Source of the DNA: Candidatus Levyibacteriota bacterium
GTDB taxonomy: Bacteria > Patescibacteriota > Microgenomatia > Levybacterales > UBA12049
DNA length: 64,000 bases
Direction: 5' to 3'
Assembly: GCA_016432345.1 (NCBI GenBank)
Contig: CP066685.1
Span: 368,236 to 432,235 of the forward strand
In this document: one piece after another, positions 25,963 through 34,435 of the stretch
Numbering within the stretch: the first letter of the stretch is position 1
Layout: each line of letters begins with the position of its first letter
Notes under the pieces: model-generated
The model's input: only the letters and a program-made list of their open reading frames with translations
Databases searched by the model: none
What the model was told of the DNA's origin: nothing
Made by a program: the position numbers and the translations under genes

Positions 25963-27648
25963 ATGTTTAAAAAAATTATTATATTTATTTTTATTGTTTT
26001 TATCGCAAGTGTTTTGCGTTTGTGGCAATTAGGAAATATTCCTCCCTCTCCAGATTGGGATGAAGCAGCGCTTGCTTATAGTGCGTATTCGATTATGCAG
26101 ACTGGAAAGGACGAGTATGGTATTTCTTTTCCTATTATTCTTCGATCGTTTGATGATTACAAACCGGCACTTTACTCATATATAGCAATTCCCTTTATTA
26201 AGATTTTTGGTTTGAATGTTATTGCAATTCGTCTTCCATCTGCTGTTTTTGGCATTACAACTATTATCGCAGTATATTTTTTAATGAAAGAATTGTTTAA
26301 GAATACCACCTTAAAATTGGAAATTGGAAATTGGAAATTGGAAATTCCAGAAGTAGCTATGCTGCTTCTGGCTATTTCCCCATGGCATTTGCAATTTTCC
26401 CGTATCGCTTTTGAATCAAATCTTGGCTTGTCTCTTAATATTTTTGCCATATTTTTATTTGTTAAAGGATTAAAAAAACCAATGCTGCTGCCATTTTCAG
26501 CTTTTTTTCTAGGATTAAGTCTTTATGCTTATCAGAGTGAAAAAGTATTTGTTCCGCTGCTTTGTCTAATTCTTGTTTTGGTGTATAGAAAAACATTTTT
26601 CAGATTGCCCAAAAAATACATAATATTTGCATTTTTTATTGGTATAGCGCTTACAGTTCCTATTGCTTATTACACTTTTACTCAAAAAGCGGCATTAGCC
26701 AGAGCGCAGGGGGTGAGTATTTTTACAGAAAGTACGCCGTTTGTCAAACAATATACAAAAAGAATTGTTATAGACAAAAAAAATCATGACATTTTTGGTT
26801 TTTTTGTTGATAACAGAAGAATAGCTTATGTAAAGGCTGTAATTGACGGATATTTGTCTCATTATAATTTATATTGGCTATTTCTTTCCGGGGATATTTC
26901 CCGTCATCATGCGCCAGAAATGGGTCTTTTGTATCTTTGGGAACTGCCGTTTTTGTTTATAGGAATTTATCAAATGGTATTTGGTTTTTTTCCAAAAAAC
27001 ACTAAATATTTAATTTTTTTGTGGTTTTTTGCCGCTCCAATTCCTGCCTCTGTAACAACTGGCGTGCCGCACGCTGTAAGAACACTCAATTTTTTGCCTA
27101 CTTTTCAGATTTTTATTGCGATAGGACTTATTGCCGCTTTTGCAAAAATATCAAGTATTAAATATCAAGTATTAAATATAATAGGTTTGCGATATACACT
27201 TATTTCCTGTTTTTTGTTAATGTTCACTTTTAATTTTTTGTATTATTTAAATCAATATTTTGTGCAGCAAAACAATTTTTATTCCGAAAGTTGGCAATAT
27301 GGTTATAAAGAAGCAATAGACGATGTAAAAAAGATAGAAAATAGATATCAAAAAGTTATTGTTTCAAATCAGCCTCATTTAGACCAGTCATATATGTTTT
27401 TTCTTTTTTATCTTCAGTATCCACCAAATCTTTACCAGGAGGAAGCAAAGAAAAATAATTCTGGTGGTTTTGCCGAAACGCACCAGTTTGGCAAGTATAT
27501 TTTCCGTCCGATTGTTTGGGAAAACGAAAAAAAAGACGGTAAAACTCTATATGTTGGAAGGCAGGAAGACTTTCACGATTCAGCACATGTTATAAAAAAA
27601 ATTTTCTTTCTTAATGGAAAGGCGGCAATTTCTATAGTTGATGGATAA
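25963..27648 (+). CDS. PMT_2/GT39-type GT-C glycosyltransferase, paralog B4
   Basis: 561 aa. Motifs LWQLGNIPPSPDWDEAALAYSAYSIMQTGKDEYGISFPIILRSFDDYKPALY, IRLPSAVFGITT, ISPWHLQFSR, GVPHAVRT and WQYGYKEAI. Confidence 0.75.
   Translation: MFKKIIIFIFIVFIASVLRLWQLGNIPPSPDWDEAALAYSAYSIMQTGKDEYGISFPIILRSFDDYKPALYSYIAIPFIKIFGLNVIAIRLPSAVFGITTIIAVYFLMKELFKNTTLKLEIGNWKLEIPEVAMLLLAISPWHLQFSRIAFESNLGLSLNIFAIFLFVKGLKKPMLLPFSAFFLGLSLYAYQSEKVFVPLLCLILVLVYRKTFFRLPKKYIIFAFFIGIALTVPIAYYTFTQKAALARAQGVSIFTESTPFVKQYTKRIVIDKKNHDIFGFFVDNRRIAYVKAVIDGYLSHYNLYWLFLSGDISRHHAPEMGLLYLWELPFLFIGIYQMVFGFFPKNTKYLIFLWFFAAPIPASVTTGVPHAVRTLNFLPTFQIFIAIGLIAAFAKISSIKYQVLNIIGLRYTLISCFLLMFTFNFLYYLNQYFVQQNNFYSESWQYGYKEAIDDVKKIENRYQKVIVSNQPHLDQSYMFFLFYLQYPPNLYQEEAKKNNSGGFAETHQFGKYIFRPIVWENEKKDGKTLYVGRQEDFHDSAHVIKKIFFLNGKAAISIVDG
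26314..26346 (+). repeat. Perfect heptanucleotide tandem repeat (AAATTGG)x4 + AAATT inside GT39 paralog B4
   Basis: Read directly: aaattgg aaattgg aaattgg aaattgg aaatt. It encodes KLEIGNWKLEI. The unit is not divisible by 3. Confidence 0.95.
27146..27179 (+). repeat. 14-nt tandem repeat (AAATATCAAGTATT) x2.4 inside GT39 paralog B4
   Basis: Read directly: aaatatcaagtatt aaatatcaagtatt aaatat. It encodes KISSIKYQVLNI. The unit is not divisible by 3. Confidence 0.9.
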
Positions 27649-27656
27649 CCTAAAAA

Positions 27657-28889
27657 ATGAAATTTATTATACTTTTTTTTATTTTTTTATGTTTTATTTT
27701 TTTCCGTTTTTATGATATCGGGCGCATAAATCAATTTGGTTGGGATCAGGTTGACAACGCCTGGGCGGCAAAAAATATTATAATTGACCATAAATTGCCG
27801 CTTGTGGGTATGCCTGTCAAAGGGAGTAGCGGATTTTATATTGGTCCGGCATATTATTATCTTATTTCGGTTTTTTATTTCTTTACCATGCTTGATCCGA
27901 TTGCTTCAGGACTTTTTGTCGGTTTCACTAGCATTTTTACTTTTTGGATTTTTTATTTTGTTACAAAAAAAATTTTTTCTACTGTTGTTGCGTTTTTGGC
28001 TGTTTTTATTTATACATTTTCATGGCCACTTATACAAGCAGATAGAATTCAATGGCCGGTTAACTTTATTGCCCCCATTTCTTTTATTGTTTTTTTTGCT
28101 TTGTATAAGATTATTACAGGAAAAGAAAAATACTTGTTGCTATTGGCAACAGCGTTTGGTTTTTCCTTACATATCCATTTCACTTCGATTTTTTACTTTA
28201 TTATTGTACTTTTAGCTTTGCCATTTTTTCCATGGAAGAAAACAATCTGGAAATATGCGCTTATTGCAATTCCTCTTTTTTTGATTTGGTTAATCCCAAA
28301 TGCAATCTTCGAATTTAATACAAAAGCAGCATCAGGGAAAAGTTTAACAACTTATATTTCCACTTATTATCATGGGTTTCATGCAAGAAGGTTTTTACAA
28401 CTCCTACCAGACGCATTTATAAAGTTTGAATCTGTCTTAACATTTAGGATGATAAAACCATTGTCTTATATCTTGCTGCCAATTTTTTATTTTTTATATT
28501 ACTCCGAAGTTAGATCAAATCAGCGATTAAAACTTTGTTATTTAATACTACTTTGGTTTCTGGTTCCATGGGTGATTTTTTCAACATATAGCGGCGAAAT
28601 AAGTGATTATTATTTTTTTCTAACCATGCCTATAGTTATTATAGTTTTGTCTTATATTACAAGCAGAGTTTTTCAAATTAATAATATGTTGCCTAAAATT
28701 GCTATAGTTATTTTTTGGTCGTATTATGCCTTGTTTTCAGCGCAAAATTTTGCACAATATCCATCTGCTGGTTTGGCTAAAAGCAGAGTTAATGTGACAG
28801 AAGCAATTAAACAGGGCAGGGTAATAGAATTTGTTCATGGAAGCGCAGACTCATATTTATACTATATTTATACAAGAAATAAAAAATGA
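27657..28889 (+). CDS. ArnT/PMT-like GT-C membrane protein, family C paralog C2
   Basis: 410 aa and polytopic. First loop INQFGWDQVDNAWAAKNIIIDHKLPLVGMPVKGSSGFYIGPAYYY, matching the family C pattern. Confidence 0.5.
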   Translation: MKFIILFFIFLCFIFFRFYDIGRINQFGWDQVDNAWAAKNIIIDHKLPLVGMPVKGSSGFYIGPAYYYLISVFYFFTMLDPIASGLFVGFTSIFTFWIFYFVTKKIFSTVVAFLAVFIYTFSWPLIQADRIQWPVNFIAPISFIVFFALYKIITGKEKYLLLLATAFGFSLHIHFTSIFYFIIVLLALPFFPWKKTIWKYALIAIPLFLIWLIPNAIFEFNTKAASGKSLTTYISTYYHGFHARRFLQLLPDAFIKFESVLTFRMIKPLSYILLPIFYFLYYSEVRSNQRLKLCYLILLWFLVPWVIFSTYSGEISDYYFFLTMPIVIIVLSYITSRVFQINNMLPKIAIVIFWSYYALFSAQNFAQYPSAGLAKSRVNVTEAIKQGRVIEFVHGSADSYLYYIYTRNKK

Positions 28890-30529
28890 AGAAAATTAAA
28901 AAATTCAATCTATTTTTCTTTGTTATTATAATTGCTATTTTTTTTCGTTTTTATCATCTTTCTTTTGCGCCTCCGAGTGTTTCTTTAGACGAAGCATCCA
29001 TTGGCTACAATGCTTATTCAATTCTCAAAACAGGAGCGGACGAATACGGAAATAAATTTCCTATTTTACTTCGCGCTTATGATGATTGGAGACCTGCCTT
29101 ATATGTTTATTTAGTTATGCCATTTGTTCAGTTATTTGACCTTACGGCATTTGCTGTTCGTTTACCTTCAGTAATTTTGTCGGTAATAACTGTTATAGCA
29201 GTCTATTTTTTAACTAAAGAGCTTTTTAAAAATTCATTGAAAATTTCAGAAGTAGCTATGCTGCTTCTGGCAATATCGCCCTGGCATATATACATTTCCC
29301 GGCTTGGCCATGAGGTAAATCTTTCTCTTTCATTTTGGATTTTTGGGCTATTATTTTTTTTCAAGGGTATTAATAAAAATACCGAAAAGTTTAACTGGAA
29401 AAAGGTTTGCTACTATTCAATTAGCGCTCTATTTTTTGCTATTTCTTTTGGAAGTTACCAAAGCGCAAAACTTTTTATTCCCATAATGGTTCTAATTTTA
29501 ATAGTGCTTTACCACAAAGAATTATTTGCGAGAAAGAAAGAAATCATCTTGCCTTTTGTGATTGGCGTCGTATTTTTACTACCAACTGTTTTATCCTCAT
29601 TTGAGCCAAATGCACTTATTCGTTTACAGGGCACAAATATATTTGCCGTAGAAAAAAACCGTTACTATCAGGAATCATTATTACTAAAAAAAGCAAAAGA
29701 AGATGGTGATATTATTGGCGAGATTGTTCACAATAGACGAATATTAACAACAAGAATCTTTTTCGAACAATACATAAGTCATTTTAATTACAAATGGCTT
29801 TTTGCGAATAGTGGAAAAGAAAATCATAAAACTTCTGGAGTGGGGCTATTTTATTCCTGGGAAGCAGTTTTTATACTTTTAGGTTTTTTAGTCTTTTTCA
29901 AAGAAAAAATTCCTTTAAAAATAAAACTATTTCTTATATTTTGGATTGCTGTAGCGCCGTTATCTTCAGCCATAACCACAGATGCTCCGCATGCAATGCG
30001 TACATATTCTGTTTTGCCTGCCCCTCAAATTATTGAAGCATATGGTATTTATTATATTTTTTCTTTGTTTAAGAAATATTCTAAACTAATTTATACCTTA
30101 TTTTATTTAATAATGATAGGAACAATTTTTTATTTTGCAAGACACTATTTTTTTATTTTTCCAAAAAAAGAATCTTCTTCATTTCAATATGCGCTTTATC
30201 AGGCAGTACCTTTTGTTTTATCTTGCGAGAATAGATATAATAGAATTGTTTTTTCAAATAAAGATAATTTGTATCAATCCTATATGTTTTTCTTGTTCTA
30301 TAGCCGATATGATCCAAAAAAATATCAAATGCAAGACGGGACAATTTCGGGGGGATTTGCAAAAACGCATGCCTTTGATAAATATGAGTTCCGATCAATA
30401 GCGTATGACATTGAGAAAGAAAAATCATTACTTATTGGTAATAAATCAGATTTTCCAAAAGATAAAAAGCCTCTTGCGGTATTTAAAGATCTTGATGGAA
30501 AGGAAGCTATTGCAGCAGTAGAAAGATGA
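28886..30529 (+). CDS. PMT_2/GT39-type GT-C glycosyltransferase, paralog B5
   Basis: 547 aa. Motifs FYHLSFAPPSVSLDEASIGYNAYSILKTGADEYGNKFPILLRAYDDWRPALY, VRLPSVILSVITV, ISPWHIYISR and DAPHAMRT. ATGA overlap with the upstream gene. Confidence 0.75.
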   Translation: MKKIKKFNLFFFVIIIAIFFRFYHLSFAPPSVSLDEASIGYNAYSILKTGADEYGNKFPILLRAYDDWRPALYVYLVMPFVQLFDLTAFAVRLPSVILSVITVIAVYFLTKELFKNSLKISEVAMLLLAISPWHIYISRLGHEVNLSLSFWIFGLLFFFKGINKNTEKFNWKKVCYYSISALFFAISFGSYQSAKLFIPIMVLILIVLYHKELFARKKEIILPFVIGVVFLLPTVLSSFEPNALIRLQGTNIFAVEKNRYYQESLLLKKAKEDGDIIGEIVHNRRILTTRIFFEQYISHFNYKWLFANSGKENHKTSGVGLFYSWEAVFILLGFLVFFKEKIPLKIKLFLIFWIAVAPLSSAITTDAPHAMRTYSVLPAPQIIEAYGIYYIFSLFKKYSKLIYTLFYLIMIGTIFYFARHYFFIFPKKESSSFQYALYQAVPFVLSCENRYNRIVFSNKDNLYQSYMFFLFYSRYDPKKYQMQDGTISGGFAKTHAFDKYEFRSIAYDIEKEKSLLIGNKSDFPKDKKPLAVFKDLDGKEAIAAVER

Positions 30530-32034
30530 AGAAATTATACATTTTTTTACTTACCTTGTTGGTAATATTTTTAAGTCTAGTTCCTCGAGTTACGGATTTG
30601 CTAAGTGGAAATTACCTTTTTTCATATGATCAAGGAAGAGATTATTTAGCTGTAAAAAGTATTGTTGTTGATAAAAAACTAACTCTTATTGGTTCAGAAA
30701 TTGGCGCTGGAATGGCCTACTTTAGAGGAATTTTCCATGGCCCTTTCCATTACTATTTTCTGGCTGTTCCTTTTATACTTTTAAATGGCGATCCGTATGG
30801 AGGTATTGTTTTAACTTTTTTATATGGCATGCTTGCAGTAATATTTAGTTTTTATTTAGGAAAAAAACTGTTTGGTTTATATGGAGGATTAATGGTTGCG
30901 CTTCTTGTTGCAATATCTCCTCCTCTTATTTCTTCTTCCAGATTTGTATGGAACTCGCATGGGGCTGTTGTATTTATTTTGCTTGCTTTTATATGTGTAT
31001 ATAAAATTTCTTTTAATAAAAAATATATGGGCAGATACATTTTTTTAGCCGCGTTTTTTTCTGGTTTTGTTTACAATTTTCAACTAGCTATTGCAATTCC
31101 AATGTGTTTGGCGCTGTTTATTTACAGCGCTTTAATTTTAAAAATAAAAGATTATAAACTATATCTCTTATTGTTTATCGGCTTTTTTTTAGCTTTTTCC
31201 CCTTTTTTTCTATTTGAAATTAAACATGATTTTGGAGCATTGAGAGGTATTACTGAATACTCATTTGAGAATAAAATTCCCCTTACGTCAAAGCTTATTG
31301 AGCGTATCACAAAAGAACGAATTGGACTTTTCCAATATAATTTTTTAGATACTTTTCCGCGTGTTTCCTATATTAATACAGATGTTTCGTTGGTAGTTTT
31401 TATTGGTATATATTTATATTTATTTTTTTTGGAGAGAGATATCAAGATAAAAAGATATTTGTCGTATTTAGGGATTTTACCTTTATCGCATTTTTTTATA
31501 CTATATATTTTAAGAACCACGGCGTATGTTTATTTTCTTATAGATCTTAATTTTGTATATATCTTCTTATTTGCTTATGTTATAGTTTCTGCTTATAGAA
31601 ACAAGAATAATTTTTTATATTTTGTACTTATTGTGGTTTTTTCGGCCTTAGTTGCTCAAGGGATAAAAAGCGCGATTAAGACATTTCAGTATGATTACCA
31701 AGACTATGGCGGAATTGCAAAAATTATTGGCAAAAAAGATTTAATTGATTTTATCTATAAAAATGCAAAAGGTGAAAAGTTTGGAGTGCTTTTTTTTAGT
31801 CCGCCTATCTATACATATCCTTATAATTATATAGTGTGGTGGTACGGATCTAGAAAATATCATTATGTGCCGCATCAAGAAAAAAAGGGATTATTTTATT
31901 TGGCCATAGAGCCAGATGGGTCAAAACTCTGGAGCTATAATGGTTGGTTAGAGACAGTAATAAAAACAGGAAAGATTATAGAAACAAAAACATTGCCAAG
32001 TGGGTTTATTGTTCAAAAAAGAATTGGAGAATAA
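30526..32034 (+). CDS. ArnT/PMT-like GT-C membrane protein, family C paralog C3
   Basis: 502 aa and polytopic. First loop YLFSYDQGRDYLAVKSIVVDKKLTLIGSEIGAGMAYFRGIFHGPFHYY. ATGA overlap with the upstream gene. Confidence 0.5.
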   Translation: MKKLYIFLLTLLVIFLSLVPRVTDLLSGNYLFSYDQGRDYLAVKSIVVDKKLTLIGSEIGAGMAYFRGIFHGPFHYYFLAVPFILLNGDPYGGIVLTFLYGMLAVIFSFYLGKKLFGLYGGLMVALLVAISPPLISSSRFVWNSHGAVVFILLAFICVYKISFNKKYMGRYIFLAAFFSGFVYNFQLAIAIPMCLALFIYSALILKIKDYKLYLLLFIGFFLAFSPFFLFEIKHDFGALRGITEYSFENKIPLTSKLIERITKERIGLFQYNFLDTFPRVSYINTDVSLVVFIGIYLYLFFLERDIKIKRYLSYLGILPLSHFFILYILRTTAYVYFLIDLNFVYIFLFAYVIVSAYRNKNNFLYFVLIVVFSALVAQGIKSAIKTFQYDYQDYGGIAKIIGKKDLIDFIYKNAKGEKFGVLFFSPPIYTYPYNYIVWWYGSRKYHYVPHQEKKGLFYLAIEPDGSKLWSYNGWLETVIKTGKIIETKTLPSGFIVQKRIGE

Positions 32035-32036
32035 TA

Positions 32037-33686
32037 GTGCAAACAAAGAAAAATTTTCTTTATATTTCTTTTATTATTTTTTTTGGCGTCGTAGCGATTT
32101 TGGATTTTTTTCATCCTGGTTTGCCAATAACCCATGATGGGCAGGATCACGTTGCTCGAATTGCAAATTTTTATCAAAATTTGACTGAGGGAAGTATTAT
32201 TCCAAGATGGGCCGCAAATCTTAATTGGGGATATGGGCACCCAATTTTGATGTTTTTGTATCCGTTACCCTCCTATATTGCATCGCTTTTTCATTTTTTG
32301 GGATTTTCATTGATTGATAGTTTAAAGATTGTTTTTGGCATGTCGTTTATTGCAAGCGGTTTTGCTATGTATTTGTGGATAAAAGAATTATTGGGAGAGG
32401 AGCCAGGACTAGTAGCTGGAATTTTATATATGTTTGCACCTTATCGTTTTGTAGATTTATATGTGCGCGGAGCAATAGGCGAACATGTTGCTTTTGTTTT
32501 TCCGCCGCTTATTTGCTACTTTCTTTTAAAAATGTCAAAGAAATATTCATATTGGTATGTAGTTGGTGGAGCAGTATCGCTTGCCAGTCTTGTTCTTTCG
32601 CATAACGCGATAACAATTATGTTTGTGCCAGTAATAATACTTTATGCCGTTTATTTAATTTATCAAAACGATGATAAAAAACTAATCGCTATACGCTATA
32701 TGCTTATTGCTATCTTTGGTTTTGGCCTTTCTGCTTTTTTTGGGTTTCCTGCTTTCTTTGAGGGAAAGTATACATTACGGGATATTGTTACAAAAAATGA
32801 ATATGCAAAAAGCTTTGTTAATTGGAAAGATTTTCTTTATGGTTTATGGAGTTATGGCGGTACGGGATTATTTACCGTACAGATCGGTATTGTTCAGTGG
32901 TTTGTAGTCATTTGCATGACTCCACTTGTTATATTTTATAGGCAGAAGAGAAATATACAATTGCTTATTGTAAGTACTTTTATTCTTTTCTTTTCGACAC
33001 TTTTTCTCATGATCTCGCAATCAAAAGTAGTATGGGAAACATTAACGATATTGCAAAAATTTCAGTTTCCTTGGAGATTTCTTTCAATCATAGTGTTTCT
33101 AGCCGCGGTCAGCGGAGGTTTTTTTATTTTTTGTTTGCCTAAAAAATTTAAATCTGGAGCAATAGTTCTTATTATTTGCTTTTCTCTTTTCTTCAATAAA
33201 GACTATTGGCATGCAAAAGGATTTCTGCAAAAAGATCAAGCGTTTTTTAAGAGTATTTATAATGGTACAACAGACACGGGCGAAAGCGCTCCAGTTTGGT
33301 CGGTTCGTTTTATGGAAAAAATGCCAAAAGCGCATAGCGAAGTGATAAGCGGAAAAGCGACCATAAAAGAAGTAGAGCGTACTTCGATAAAACATGTATA
33401 TGAAATAGAGGTTAATAGCGATTCTGCGCGAATAAGAGAGAATACTCTATATTTTCCTGGCTGGAAAATTATTAATAACAAAAAAAATATAACTCCTGAA
33501 TTTCAGGACCCTGCGAATAGAGGTCTTATGACATATTTTCTTGGAAAAGGGAAATACACTGTTTTTATAATGTTTGAAGAAACAAAGCTGCGTTTTGCGG
33601 CAGACATAATAAGCGTTTTTAGTTTGGTATCTATAATTATTTTAGGTATACTTAAAAAGAGGATACTATGCCTTCGCTTTCGGTAG
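32037..33686 (+). CDS. HDGxxH..PRW-type (COG5617/'PTPS-related') polytopic membrane protein, paralog D2
   Basis: The track ORF (31944) overlaps the upstream gene by 91 nt. GTG at 32037 is preceded by GGAGA (32026-32030). Motifs THDGQDHVARIANFYQNLTEGSIIPRWAANLNWGYGHPILMFLYPLPSY, QFPWRF and the C-terminal NTLYFPGWKIINNKK. Confidence 0.55.
   Translation: MQTKKNFLYISFIIFFGVVAILDFFHPGLPITHDGQDHVARIANFYQNLTEGSIIPRWAANLNWGYGHPILMFLYPLPSYIASLFHFLGFSLIDSLKIVFGMSFIASGFAMYLWIKELLGEEPGLVAGILYMFAPYRFVDLYVRGAIGEHVAFVFPPLICYFLLKMSKKYSYWYVVGGAVSLASLVLSHNAITIMFVPVIILYAVYLIYQNDDKKLIAIRYMLIAIFGFGLSAFFGFPAFFEGKYTLRDIVTKNEYAKSFVNWKDFLYGLWSYGGTGLFTVQIGIVQWFVVICMTPLVIFYRQKRNIQLLIVSTFILFFSTLFLMISQSKVVWETLTILQKFQFPWRFLSIIVFLAAVSGGFFIFCLPKKFKSGAIVLIICFSLFFNKDYWHAKGFLQKDQAFFKSIYNGTTDTGESAPVWSVRFMEKMPKAHSEVISGKATIKEVERTSIKHVYEIEVNSDSARIRENTLYFPGWKIINNKKNITPEFQDPANRGLMTYFLGKGKYTVFIMFEETKLRFAADIISVFSLVSIIILGILKKRILCLRFR
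32682..32716 (+). repeat. Decayed CTATACG-type heptamer array in paralog D2
   Basis: Read directly: ctaatcg ctatacg ctatatg cttattg ctatctt. It encodes LIAIRYMLIAIF. It lies at the position homologous to the perfect arrays at 878 and 41043. Confidence 0.7.
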
Positions 33687-34435
33687 TGCTTGCTACTTAT
33701 AATGAAGAAAAAAATCTTCCAGACTGCTTAAAATCTGTAAGAGGTATTACAGACGAGATTGTTGTTGTTGATGGCGGATCAAAAGATAAGACAGTGGATG
33801 TTGCAAAGAAGTACGGAGCGAGAGTAATAATAACCACAAATCCTTCAATATTTCATATTAATAAGCAAAAAGCCATAGATATAGCAACAAAAGATTGGAT
33901 TTTACAACTGGATGGAGACGAACGCGTCACACCAGAGCTAAAAAAAGAAATTCTAGATGTGTTAGATAAGAAACCTGAAACCAATGGATATTGGATGCCT
34001 AGAAAAAATTGGTTTCTAGGCAGGTTTCTTATGAAGGGTGGTCAATATCCAGATTATACATTGCGGTTATATAGAAAAGGTAAAGGAAGACTGCCTCAAA
34101 TGAGTGTGCATGAACAAGCAATTGTAGAAGGCAATGTTGAGTATCTAAAAAATCCTCTTCTTCATATAGCGTACCCAAGTTTTTCTGGTTATCTTACAAG
34201 ATTAGATCGTTATACCAATTTAATTGCTAGCGAGTTAAGAGTAAATAAGGTTGGTTACAGTCCAATTATTAGTGTCAAATACATGCTTTTTTTACCATTG
34301 TGGTGGTTTTTTCTAACCTATTTTAGGCATAAGGGATTTATGGATTCGTGGCAAGGATTAATTTTTTCCTTTTTCTCTGCTTTGAGATTTCCTATTGCAT
34401 ATATAAAATTTATAAAGAAGATAAATGAAAATTAA
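33668..34435 (+). CDS. Glycosyltransferase family 2 with a C-terminal membrane anchor
   Basis: 255 aa. Motifs LSVVLATYNEEKNL, VVVDGGSKDKT and LQLDGDERV, with a hydrophobic tail LFLPLWWFFLTYF. It sits directly upstream of a family C GT-C gene. Confidence 0.75.
   Translation: MPSLSVVLATYNEEKNLPDCLKSVRGITDEIVVVDGGSKDKTVDVAKKYGARVIITTNPSIFHINKQKAIDIATKDWILQLDGDERVTPELKKEILDVLDKKPETNGYWMPRKNWFLGRFLMKGGQYPDYTLRLYRKGKGRLPQMSVHEQAIVEGNVEYLKNPLLHIAYPSFSGYLTRLDRYTNLIASELRVNKVGYSPIISVKYMLFLPLWWFFLTYFRHKGFMDSWQGLIFSFFSALRFPIAYIKFIKKINEN

Noticed and set aside
31944-32036. 5' extensions of several track ORFs into the upstream genes: 31944, 18195, 8772, 45423, 49197, 50231, 55877 and 61376.
   Set aside because: In each case an in-frame ATG or GTG lies at or just after the upstream stop and gives an N-terminus matching the paralogs or family signatures (for example G-x-x-G-x-x-G right after the start). 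Some are preceded by a Shine-Dalgarno-like sequence. The exact starts remain uncertain by a few codons.
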